Source of the DNA: Clostridiales bacterium
GTDB lineage: Bacteria > Bacillota > Clostridia > Oscillospirales > Acutalibacteraceae
NCBI GenBank assembly: GCA_012839705.1
Contig: DUMT01000056.1
Location: 1 to 52,095 of the forward strand
Reading direction: 5' to 3'
DNA: 52,095 bases
Each line of letters opens with the position of its first letter. The stretch's first letter is position 1. The notes under the pieces are model-generated. The model worked only from the letters and a program-made list of their open reading frames with translations. It made no database searches and was not told where the DNA came from. The position numbers were made by a program, and so were the translations under genes. Positions 35,565-43,899 of the stretch are shown piece by piece.

Positions 35565-36884
35565 ATGGACCGTTTTTTTCATTCGGTTATGCTGGTAAAG
35601 GAGCTTTGCGTCGGATGCACGAACTGCATCAAGCGCTGCCCCACCCAGGCAATCCGCGTCCGCGACGGCAAGGCGAGAATAATATCCGAAAGGTGCATTG
35701 ACTGCGGTGAATGCATACGGGTCTGCCCTCACCATGCCAAAAAGGCGGAACATGACAGCCTGGATATGCTAAAAAATTTTACATACAACATCGCATTGCC
35801 CGCCCCGTCACTTTATGGGCAGTTCAACAGGCTGGATGATATTGATTATGTCTTAAACGGGCTCAAAGCCCTGGGGTTTGACGACGTGTTCGAGGTTTCC
35901 CGGGCGGCGGAAATAATCTCCGACGCTACCCGGCAGCTGATTGCTGACGGAAAGCTGAAAAAACCTGTTATCAGCTCGGCATGCCCTGCTGTGGTCAGGC
36001 TGATTAGGGTGCGGTTCCCCGACCTGTGCGACAACGTCCTCCCCCTTGTCTCGCCAATGGAACTGGCGGCAATCCTTGCAAGGAAGCAGGCTGCGGAAAA
36101 AGGTATTCCTGATGAGCAAATCGGGGTGTTTTTCATTTCCCCCTGTGCCGCCAAGGTCACTGATGTCCGCGCCCCTTTAAGCATAGAACACTCCCACGTG
36201 AACGGGGTACTTGCCATAAGCGATATTTATCCAAAACTGGTAAGCTGCATGAACAAACTAAAAGAGGTTGAACCCTTAGCAAATTCCGGGATAATCGGCG
36301 TCAGCTGGTCCTCCATCGGAGGAGAGGCGGCGGGCCTTCTTAATGAAAACCACCTGGCGGCAGACGGGATTGAAAATGTCATAAAGGTTTTGGAGGAACT
36401 GGAGGATGAAAAGCTCCAGGAACTTGATTTTATTGAGCTTAACGCCTGCTCGGGCGGCTGCGTAGGCGGGATTTTTGCCGCCGAAAACGGATATGTCGCA
36501 AAGGCGAGAATCAAAAGGCTTCGCAAATACCTGCCCGTTTCCTGCAACAGGCTGAATGGTTCCATTGGGCTTAAAGATATATGCTGGACCGAACAGTTGG
36601 AATACGAGCCTGTCATGACCCTGGCTGAAAACGTGGAAGAAGCCATGCGAATGATGGACAAAATCGACAAAATCTCCGCAAAGCTTCCAAAACTTGACTG
36701 CGGTTCCTGCGGCGCCCCCACCTGCAGGGCGCTGGCGGAGGATATTGTAAAAGGCCTTGCCCAGGAAACGGACTGCATATTCTTAATGCGCCGGGAAATC
36801 CAGTACATTGCAAGCCAGCTAACCAAACTCAAAGGCTTCATCCCGGATGGCAATGACGATTCTAAAACAGGCGGACAGGAGTAA
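35565..36884 (+). CDS. [FeFe]-hydrogenase-like protein: two ferredoxin-type 4Fe-4S motifs, an Fe-hydrogenase large-subunit C-terminal-like domain, and a C-terminal RnfB/CFeSP-type Cys motif (putative sensory type)
   Basis: Has CVGCTNCIKRCP and CIDCGECIRVCP. H-cluster-like motifs are ISSACPAVV, FISPCAAKV and ELNACSGGCVGG. The C-terminus has CGSCGAPTCRALAEDI. Confidence 0.8.
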   Translation: MDRFFHSVMLVKELCVGCTNCIKRCPTQAIRVRDGKARIISERCIDCGECIRVCPHHAKKAEHDSLDMLKNFTYNIALPAPSLYGQFNRLDDIDYVLNGLKALGFDDVFEVSRAAEIISDATRQLIADGKLKKPVISSACPAVVRLIRVRFPDLCDNVLPLVSPMELAAILARKQAAEKGIPDEQIGVFFISPCAAKVTDVRAPLSIEHSHVNGVLAISDIYPKLVSCMNKLKEVEPLANSGIIGVSWSSIGGEAAGLLNENHLAADGIENVIKVLEELEDEKLQELDFIELNACSGGCVGGIFAAENGYVAKARIKRLRKYLPVSCNRLNGSIGLKDICWTEQLEYEPVMTLAENVEEAMRMMDKIDKISAKLPKLDCGSCGAPTCRALAEDIVKGLAQETDCIFLMRREIQYIASQLTKLKGFIPDGNDDSKTGGQE

Positions 36885-36889
36885 AAACA

Positions 36890-37225
36890 ATGACTGTATC
36901 TGAACTGGTAGCAGAACTTGGGCTGGAAGTCATCGTAATGGGGGATAAGGACAGGGAAATCACCGGGGGATATTCCTGCGACCTGCTAAGCTGGGTTATC
37001 GGCAGGGCAAACCCCGGTGACGCGTGGATTACGGTTATTGGAAATATTAATACTATTGCTGTATCTATTCTTGCGGACACCTCCTGCATAATACTGGCGG
37101 AGAACTCCGCCATTGACCCGCAGGCAACCAAACGGGCAGAAACTGAAGGCGTAACCGTCCTCAGAAGCAGCAAAAACGCCTTTCAGCTATCCTTTGAAAT
37201 CGGAAGGCTTTTAAAGGTGGTTTAA
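36890..37225 (+). CDS. DRTGG domain-containing protein (second copy)
   Basis: 111 aa. GGYSCDLLSWVIGRANPGDAWITVIGNINTIAVSILADTSCIILAEN is typical of small DRTGG proteins. Confidence 0.7.
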   Translation: MTVSELVAELGLEVIVMGDKDREITGGYSCDLLSWVIGRANPGDAWITVIGNINTIAVSILADTSCIILAENSAIDPQATKRAETEGVTVLRSSKNAFQLSFEIGRLLKVV

Positions 37226-37265
37226 GGATTCCTTTAAAGCCCTGCAGGAAAAGGAAGGTAATTTT

Positions 37266-37991
37266 ATGAGATTCTTTTACGACCTGCATATCCATTCATG
37301 CCTGTCCCCCTGCGGCGATAAAGACATGACCCCCAACAATATAGTTAATATGGCAAAACTTAAAGGTTTGGATATTATAGCATTGACAGACCACAATAGC
37401 AGTAAAAACTGCCCTGCTTTATTAAAAGCGGCTGAAAGGGCTGGTGTTCTGGCTCTCCCCGGCATGGAGCTTTGCACCGCGGAGGAATGCCATGTGGTAT
37501 GCCTTTTTCCAAACCTTGACGCCGCCCTAGAGTTTGACAAAATGGTGGAAAAATCCCTGCCTGATATAAAAAATAATCCTGATATATTCGGAGAGCAAAT
37601 TATCATGGATGGTGACGACACAATCACCGGCACTTACCCAACTCTCCTCACCACCGCATCATCAATAGGTTTGGATGAAGCGGCCAATCTGGCAGGCAGA
37701 TTCGGGGGAGTAGCCGTACCGGCGCATATAGACCGGCCCTCCTTCAGTGTGATATCCGTACTGGGCGATGTCCCCGGCGAAGGGTTTTCCGCCTATGAAA
37801 TCTCGGGGCTTAACTGTGTGGACACATTGTCGCAGCGTTATCCTGCCATAAGCGGCAAAACAATACTTATAAACTCCGACGCCCACTATCTTAGTGATAT
37901 AAACGAGACAGGTCAATGGCTCGAACTTGGCTTTCTGTCGCCGGAAAATGTTATCGGCGCCTTATTAAATGGGTGCCAATGGGGTTTTTAG
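37266..37991 (+). CDS. PHP domain-containing phosphoesterase
   Basis: FYDLHIHSCLSPCGD and ALTDHNS metal-binding motifs, with later VPAHIDRP and NSDAH; 241 aa. AAGGAAGG lies upstream of the ATG. Confidence 0.8.
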   Translation: MRFFYDLHIHSCLSPCGDKDMTPNNIVNMAKLKGLDIIALTDHNSSKNCPALLKAAERAGVLALPGMELCTAEECHVVCLFPNLDAALEFDKMVEKSLPDIKNNPDIFGEQIIMDGDDTITGTYPTLLTTASSIGLDEAANLAGRFGGVAVPAHIDRPSFSVISVLGDVPGEGFSAYEISGLNCVDTLSQRYPAISGKTILINSDAHYLSDINETGQWLELGFLSPENVIGALLNGCQWGF

Positions 37992-37993
37992 CC

Positions 37994-38022
37994 TTTTATT
38001 TTCCAGCAACACATGATATAAT
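37994..38022 (+). promoter_or_regulatory. Possible extended -10 promoter for pit
   Basis: TGaTATAAT (TG at 38014-38015, TATAAT at 38017-38022) with a weak -35 TTTTAT 17 nt upstream. Confidence 0.3.
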
Positions 38023-38077
38023 ATTGTTGTTTTGGGTTAAATCTATAATACATTAAGGATTCGAGAGGAGTACTTGA

Positions 38078-39127
38078 ATGCCATCGTTTTTTGAATTCTT
38101 ATCCGACGCAGTAACAAACCCTCCACTTCTTATCACAGCGCTTCTTACCATGGGGGTTATCTTCGTCAACGGATGGACCGACGCGCCGAACGCCATAGCC
38201 ACCTGCGTTTCAACCCGGGCGATTGCACCAAGAGCCGCAATCATCATGGCTGCTGTTTTCAACTTCCTTGGCGTATTTGTAATGACTATGTTTAATAGTA
38301 CGGTTGCCCAGACCGTTTATAACATGGTGGATTTCGGCGGGAATTCTAAAGATGCTTTAACCGCCCTGTGCGCCGCCCTTTTCGCAATAGTAGTGTGGGC
38401 GGTGGCTGCCTGGTATTTCGGCATACCCACAAGCGAGAGCCATGCGCTGATAGCAGGCCTTTCGGGAGCCGCCATTTCCCTAAAAGGCGGACTTAGCGGA
38501 ATAAACGGTAGCGAATGGGTCAAGGTACTGTACGGGCTTGGGCTTTCCACCGCTTTGGGATTTATCGCCGGCTGGGTTGCAGCCAAACTCACCACATTTA
38601 TATGCCAGGATCTTGACAGAAGGAAGACCACCACCTTTTTCCGTAAAGCCCAGGTATGCGGCGGTGCTGCAATGGCCTTCATGCACGGGGCGCAGGATGG
38701 GCAGAAATTCATGAGTGTTTTCCTGCTTGGCATGTTTCTTGTCAAGGGCCAGGCTAATGTAACTGAATTCGTAATTCCCACATGGCTTATGCTGCTATGT
38801 TCTGCCGTAATGGGGATTGGAACTTCCATAGGCGGTTACCGCATTATCAAGGCGGTGGGCATGGATATGGTAAAACTGGAAACATACCAGGGCTTTTCCG
38901 CTGACGTGGCTGCCGCAGGATGCCTGCTTTTATCCTCCCTTACAGGCATACCGGTAAGCACAACCCACACAAAAACCACCGCAATCATGGGTGTCGGGGC
39001 TTCAAAAAGGCTTTCCGCAGTCAACTGGAGCGTGGTTAAGGAAATGGTACTGACCTGGGTGCTTACCTTCCCCGGCTGCGGACTTATTGGTTATCTTATG
39101 GTAAAGCTTTTTGTATGGATATTCTAA
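38078..39127 (+). CDS. pit: Inorganic phosphate transporter, PiT family
   Basis: NGWTDAPNAIAT and ...SGIPVSTTHTKTTAIMGVG duplicated PiT signatures; about 10 TM helices. Confidence 0.9.
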   Translation: MPSFFEFLSDAVTNPPLLITALLTMGVIFVNGWTDAPNAIATCVSTRAIAPRAAIIMAAVFNFLGVFVMTMFNSTVAQTVYNMVDFGGNSKDALTALCAALFAIVVWAVAAWYFGIPTSESHALIAGLSGAAISLKGGLSGINGSEWVKVLYGLGLSTALGFIAGWVAAKLTTFICQDLDRRKTTTFFRKAQVCGGAAMAFMHGAQDGQKFMSVFLLGMFLVKGQANVTEFVIPTWLMLLCSAVMGIGTSIGGYRIIKAVGMDMVKLETYQGFSADVAAAGCLLLSSLTGIPVSTTHTKTTAIMGVGASKRLSAVNWSVVKEMVLTWVLTFPGCGLIGYLMVKLFVWIF

Positions 39128-39154
39128 CCACCGAACAGGAAAGGATGATTTATA

Positions 39155-39778
39155 ATGGCACGCAAAAACGATTATGATTATTTTAAAATGTTCGTGCGCG
39201 CGGCCGAGTATTCGGCACAGGCTGCAAATATCCTGCATAACACCCTGCAAAGCTACGATGCCGAATCGCTAAAAGAAAAAATGAAGGAAATGCACACGGT
39301 AGAACATGCCGCCGATATAGCCAAGCATGATATGAACCGTGCCCTTGCCCGCGCATTTATCACCCCTATCGAGCGGGAAGATATAATGATGCTGACACAG
39401 GAATTGGATGACGTTACTGACGCCATCGAGGACGTGCTTCTTCGCCTTTACATGTTCAACGTTTTGTCAATCCGGGAGGATGCCCTGGAGTTTTCAAAAA
39501 TGATATTAAAATGCTGCGAGGAAATGGAAGGGATGATGAAGGAGTTCAGAAACTTCCGGAAATCAGACTCTATTTCTGACAAAATTGTGGAAATCAACCG
39601 CCTGGAGGAAGAAGCAGATTCCCTCTATTATAAAGCTGTCAGAAAGCTTTATCTGCACTCAAAAGACCCTGTTGAACTTATGGTTTGGCGCGAAATCTTT
39701 GACCGTATGGAAAAATGTTGCGACACCTGCGAACATGTCGCCAACCTGATTGAAGGAATTATTATGAAAAACACCTAA
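39155..39778 (+). CDS. DUF47 family protein (PhoU-like putative phosphate-transport regulator)
   Basis: 207 aa. DYFKMF...HTVEHAADIAKHD...ITPIEREDI...LDDVTDAIEDV...EEEADSLY is typical of DUF47/YkaA. Confidence 0.85.
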   Translation: MARKNDYDYFKMFVRAAEYSAQAANILHNTLQSYDAESLKEKMKEMHTVEHAADIAKHDMNRALARAFITPIEREDIMMLTQELDDVTDAIEDVLLRLYMFNVLSIREDALEFSKMILKCCEEMEGMMKEFRNFRKSDSISDKIVEINRLEEEADSLYYKAVRKLYLHSKDPVELMVWREIFDRMEKCCDTCEHVANLIEGIIMKNT

Positions 39779-39801
39779 GACCGATATTTTTCGACAATTC
39801 C

Positions 39802-39843
39802 CGCCGGAATTAATTTTTATGTGGAAAATTCCGGCGCTTTTTG
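39802..39843 (+). terminator. Rho-independent terminator after pit-DUF47
   Basis: CGCCGGAATT (39802-39811) / AATTCCGGCG (39827-39836) followed by CTTTTT. Confidence 0.7.
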
Positions 39844-39856
39844 TTGCTTTAGCGGA

Positions 39857-39885
39857 TTTACAATTTAACCAAGTTGTGGTATAGT
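39857..39885 (+). promoter_or_regulatory. Sigma-A promoter of capD-like gene
   Basis: TTTACA (39857-39862), 17-nt spacer, TGgTATAGT with -10 at 39880-39885. Confidence 0.5.
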
Positions 39886-39938
39886 TTAAGAACGTGCTAT
39901 TATGTTGAATTATAAAGCAACTTTTAAAGAAGAGTGAT

Positions 39939-41810
39939 ATGCCGATGGCACATTTTAACAAAAGAAAGCTTTTGTTGTTGCAATCAGATATTCTGCTGTT
40001 GCTGCTATCCTGCATACTGGCTGAATCTCTGATTGCATTATTTAAGACCGGAAAGATTTCATTAGCATATAACCCGGCGGTTTTCCTTTCATATACAGGC
40101 TGCTGTTTGATATCCCTGATTGTTGCTGGTGTATACAAAACCATCTGGCGCTATGCAACTTCAAAAGATTTTTTCAAACTTGCAGCAGGGTTATCCGCCG
40201 GGAATATCTTAAGTTTTCTGGTTTTAAACGGTATATTCCATGTTGTGTCCGGTCCGCTTACCATTTTGGCTTTTATGCTTTCAGTCTTATCAATAGCAGG
40301 CGGCAGGATGCTGTACCAGCTGTATTCGGCTCATTATTACATGCATCAGTCTGACGGCATAGTGCCCCGGGAATCCACCATGATTGTAGGCGACATTACC
40401 TCAAGCCTTGGCCTGCTGACAGAAATGTCGGCTATTGGGTGCAAGCTGAAACCGGTGTGTATTGTAAACGACAGTTTCGACGCCATAGGCAGGTCGGTTG
40501 CAGGAGTCAGGGTTTTCGGCCCCATTGATATTATACCTGACCTATGCTCCAGGTTCCGCATTGAAAATATAGTCGTCCTTTCCTCATCCTATGACATGGA
40601 ATACCTTCAAAAGGTTTTAAGTACCTGCTCTAAAACTAAATGCTGCGTTAAGGTACTTCCCCGGCTTTATGACACCATCAAGGATAAAGATTTATACGGA
40701 AAACACTTTGACATAAATATTGAAAAGCTCCTTGGGCGCAACCCCATCAAATTCGAGTCCAGCGAACTGCAATCATTTATATCCGGCAAGGTTTGTATGG
40801 TGACAGGCGGAGGCGGTTCGATTGGTTCGGAGCTTTGCAGGCAAATTGCCAAATACAACCCAAAACACCTTATTATAGTTGATTTTTATGAAAATAACGC
40901 CTATGAAATCCAGCAAGAGCTTATAAACAGATACGGCAGCTCCCTTAACCTTACCGTGCACATCGCATCTGTCAGGGATTTTTGCAAAATGGACCGTATT
41001 TTCAAAACCCACAGGCCGGATATCGTTTTCCACGCCGCAGCCTACAAACACGTTCCCCTGATGGAGGACAACCCTGAAGAAGCGGTCTTAAACAACATTT
41101 TCGGCACTTTCCAGGTTGCTAACCTTGCGGATTTTTACCGCGTCAAAAAATTTATCCTTGTTTCCACCGACAAAGCTGTAAACCCGACAAATGTTATGGG
41201 GGCAACCAAACGTTGCTGCGAAATGATTATGCAGTACATGACCGAACAATCAGATTCCACCGACTACATTACCGTAAGATTCGGCAATGTCCTCGGCTCT
41301 AACGGGTCGGTAATACCCCTGTTTAGAAAGCAGATTGAGGCTGGAGGGCCAGTAACCGTCACCCATCCGGATATAATCCGCTACTTTATGACCATTCCAG
41401 AAGCGGTTTCCCTGATTTTGCAGGCGGGAGCCATGGCAAACGGAGGGGAAATCTTCGTTCTTGACATGGGTGAACCGGTGAGGATTGTGACCCTGGCGGA
41501 AAACCTGATAAAGCAGTACGGAAAACAGCCCTACAGCGAAATCCCGATAAAATTTGTCGGGCTGCGCCCCGGTGAAAAACTGTATGAAGAGCTGCTGATG
41601 AGTGAAGAAGGCCTGGAATCCACAATGAACAACAGGATTTTTGTGGGCAATCAGATACCGATAGACCCTGAAGATTTTATCCAAAAGCTGTATGACCTCA
41701 AATCTGTGCTTCCAACCGGGAATTCGGAACTGATAATCTCAAAACTCAGGCAAATTGTTCCTACCTTCAAGCACGAAGAAAGAGAGTCCAGATGCTCTGT
41801 AAATTCATAA
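39939..41810 (+). CDS. capD: Polysaccharide biosynthesis protein CapD/PglF/WbpM-like (membrane-anchored NAD-dependent UDP-sugar 4,6-dehydratase)
   Basis: 4 N-terminal TM helices, a Rossmann motif VTGGGGSIGSEL, and YKHVPLME...STDKAVNPTNVMGATKR. Confidence 0.85.
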   Translation: MPMAHFNKRKLLLLQSDILLLLLSCILAESLIALFKTGKISLAYNPAVFLSYTGCCLISLIVAGVYKTIWRYATSKDFFKLAAGLSAGNILSFLVLNGIFHVVSGPLTILAFMLSVLSIAGGRMLYQLYSAHYYMHQSDGIVPRESTMIVGDITSSLGLLTEMSAIGCKLKPVCIVNDSFDAIGRSVAGVRVFGPIDIIPDLCSRFRIENIVVLSSSYDMEYLQKVLSTCSKTKCCVKVLPRLYDTIKDKDLYGKHFDINIEKLLGRNPIKFESSELQSFISGKVCMVTGGGGSIGSELCRQIAKYNPKHLIIVDFYENNAYEIQQELINRYGSSLNLTVHIASVRDFCKMDRIFKTHRPDIVFHAAAYKHVPLMEDNPEEAVLNNIFGTFQVANLADFYRVKKFILVSTDKAVNPTNVMGATKRCCEMIMQYMTEQSDSTDYITVRFGNVLGSNGSVIPLFRKQIEAGGPVTVTHPDIIRYFMTIPEAVSLILQAGAMANGGEIFVLDMGEPVRIVTLAENLIKQYGKQPYSEIPIKFVGLRPGEKLYEELLMSEEGLESTMNNRIFVGNQIPIDPEDFIQKLYDLKSVLPTGNSELIISKLRQIVPTFKHEERESRCSVNS

Positions 41811-41840
41811 AAAAGGCGAGGAAGACCTCGCCTTTTTTTA
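41809..41840. terminator. Bidirectional rho-independent terminator
   Basis: GGCGAGG (41815-41821) / CCTCGCC (41826-41832), with A-run upstream and T7 downstream. Confidence 0.8.
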
Positions 41841-41843
41841 TTT

Positions 41844-42329
41844 TCATCTCGCCCCAAGAATGTGAAGATAGCGGTAAACCACCCCTTCCCAGGTGTTAAG
41901 AGGGCGGTTGTCGCTGTCTTTTGTATGGGTAGCAACAAGTATGTTTCTGAGAGTTGGCGGATATCCGGCTTCAACCACCAGAAGGCTGTGGGCATAGCGC
42001 CTTCCGCCGTTGAAGGAAAGCTGTACCACATCCCCAGGCTGAATGTCCTTTATGGTTGCCGCCACTGCAAAAGGCCCCTTGCCCTTGTTGGTGGTTAAAA
42101 ATCTGAAAAACTCCTCAACCCCCGTCCAGGCGGGCGCCCTGTTATTCATGCTGATATAATACCATCCGGTAACCGGGGTGTAATTCATGGCTGCTCCCCC
42201 GGCGTGAAGGCACTGGGATATAAAGTTGGTGCAGTCCCCTCCCATGCTGGTAAAATCGGCGTACAGTGGGTTTCTGCCAAATGCCCAGCGATGGGCATAG
42301 GCGACTGCCTTTTCCCTGTTGTAGGGCAT
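41844..42329 (-). CDS. Putative amidase domain protein (Amidase_6-like)
   Basis: AVAYAHRWAFGRNPLYADF...GGDCTNFISQCLHAGG...GWYY...W..VEEFFRFL...IQPGDVVQL...YAHSLLVV. The ATG at 42329 follows GGGAGGGGG. The track start at 42488 overlaps the upstream gene and was rejected. Confidence 0.7.
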   Translation of the reverse strand: MPYNREKAVAYAHRWAFGRNPLYADFTSMGGDCTNFISQCLHAGGAAMNYTPVTGWYYISMNNRAPAWTGVEEFFRFLTTNKGKGPFAVAATIKDIQPGDVVQLSFNGGRRYAHSLLVVEAGYPPTLRNILVATHTKDSDNRPLNTWEGVVYRYLHILGAR

Positions 42330-42346
42330 ACAGCCCCCTCCCAAAG

Positions 42347-43741
42347 CTATTTTTGTTTCAGGACAATTACGTTTTCTAGCCGGTATTTCTGATAGCTTGC
42401 AGTGCAATAGGAGAACATGATAAGGTTGCATATAAGCCCAATTACCGCCCCGTCTATTCCCCAGGGTTTGCTCAGGGCATAATTCCATGTAAGGGACGAT
42501 AAAAGCCCCGCCAGCAGCCCATACCTGAAAGCCCTGCCGTTTGACTTTACCCCAAGCATTGCCGCCGCTAATGGCACCAGTATCAGGGGCGACCAGAAGG
42601 AATAAGCCAGTATCAGAATATTAAATATGTCCGGCAGTATGAAGGCAAGAGTCACCGCCGCTATGCCGGTGGCGAGATTTACAGCCCGCAGCCACCACAG
42701 TTCCCCCTTATCTGTTAATCCCGGCCGCAGGGCTTTAACTGTGTCGCATACAAGGCTTATGGAGGCCCCGTTTAAAAAACTGTCCGCAGCGGAAAGTATA
42801 ATTGAAACCATGGAAGCCATGATTAGCCCCCTAATACCAACGGGAAGAATCGCTTTCACCAGCGACGGCATGGCGGTGGCTCCATTTGAAGTAATATTCA
42901 ATACATAGGCGCACATCCCTATCATGCCAGTAATTATAAAGAAAGGAACCGAAAACAATCCGCTAAAAACCGTTGCCCTGGCGGTAGTTTCCGGGGTTTT
43001 CCCTATCAGCAGGCGCTGGGTATAGGGAGGAGCCAGCGCTTCCCCGAACATCATGGTGAGAAAAATTGAGAAAAAACCTGCCGGCGTTGTCCCGTTGAAG
43101 GGGTTCAGGTACTCCCGGGGCAGCGCCCTTACCATCTCCTCCACCCCGCCGATTTTGGAAAGTGCCATTACCAGCAAAACAGGCATCCCGACAGACAGCA
43201 TCACAAACTGCACCAAATCCGCCATTATAACGGACTGGAGCCCCCCGGTAGTCGAATAAAGCAAGACTATCCCGCAACCGATTAATATCCCCAGTTTTGG
43301 GGGAATTCCAAGCAGTACGTTAAACACCATGCCAATGGCGCCCATCTGCGCACCCACCACCCCTGCGCAACAGGCAAAAGAAAATATGCCGGTGAGCACC
43401 CGGGCTGCCCGCCCGTAACAGGAGCCTATTATCCCACCTACCGTGGATACGCCCGTAAACCTCCGTATCCCCGGCACTAAAAATTTCCCTATCAAAACGG
43501 TAGACAGGCTGAAACCGAATAGCGCCAGGGGCATTTTTATCCCTTCAGCAAAAGCCTCCGCTGCATTGCCTGAAGAATATCCCCCGCCTATATATGAAGC
43601 AGAGAGGGATGCAAAAATTACAAACGTGCCATATTTTCCGCCGGAAGCGGTGAACCCCTTTACATCCTTCACCCTGCCGCGTATCCCAATTCCAATAAGG
43701 ACGGCAAGGTACAATATAACCAATGCCGTATCAATCCACAT
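42347..43741 (-). CDS. Sodium:solute symporter family transporter
   Basis: About 13 TM helices, SSS-like sequence. The ATG at 43741 follows GGGGGCGGGAGA. Confidence 0.8.
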   Translation of the reverse strand: MWIDTALVILYLAVLIGIGIRGRVKDVKGFTASGGKYGTFVIFASLSASYIGGGYSSGNAAEAFAEGIKMPLALFGFSLSTVLIGKFLVPGIRRFTGVSTVGGIIGSCYGRAARVLTGIFSFACCAGVVGAQMGAIGMVFNVLLGIPPKLGILIGCGIVLLYSTTGGLQSVIMADLVQFVMLSVGMPVLLVMALSKIGGVEEMVRALPREYLNPFNGTTPAGFFSIFLTMMFGEALAPPYTQRLLIGKTPETTARATVFSGLFSVPFFIITGMIGMCAYVLNITSNGATAMPSLVKAILPVGIRGLIMASMVSIILSAADSFLNGASISLVCDTVKALRPGLTDKGELWWLRAVNLATGIAAVTLAFILPDIFNILILAYSFWSPLILVPLAAAMLGVKSNGRAFRYGLLAGLLSSLTWNYALSKPWGIDGAVIGLICNLIMFSYCTASYQKYRLENVIVLKQK

Positions 43742-43831
43742 TCTCCCGCCCCCTTCCATTCATTTGTATTGCTTAAATGGCATATTTATGCCAGACAAAA
43801 TCAGCCGGGCAAAAATATGACCGGCATAAAT

Positions 43832-43864
43832 AATGCCGTATGCTCCTTTCAAGCATACGGCATT
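43832..43864 (-). terminator. Hairpin terminator after the paaK-iorAB-paaK operon
   Basis: 12-bp perfect stem AATGCCGTATGC (43832-43843) / GCATACGGCATT (43853-43864). On the minus strand it is followed by ATTTAT (weak U-run). Confidence 0.55.
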
Positions 43865-43899
43865 TGATTTCAGGCTTAGTATTCAGAAGGGTTTGCAGC

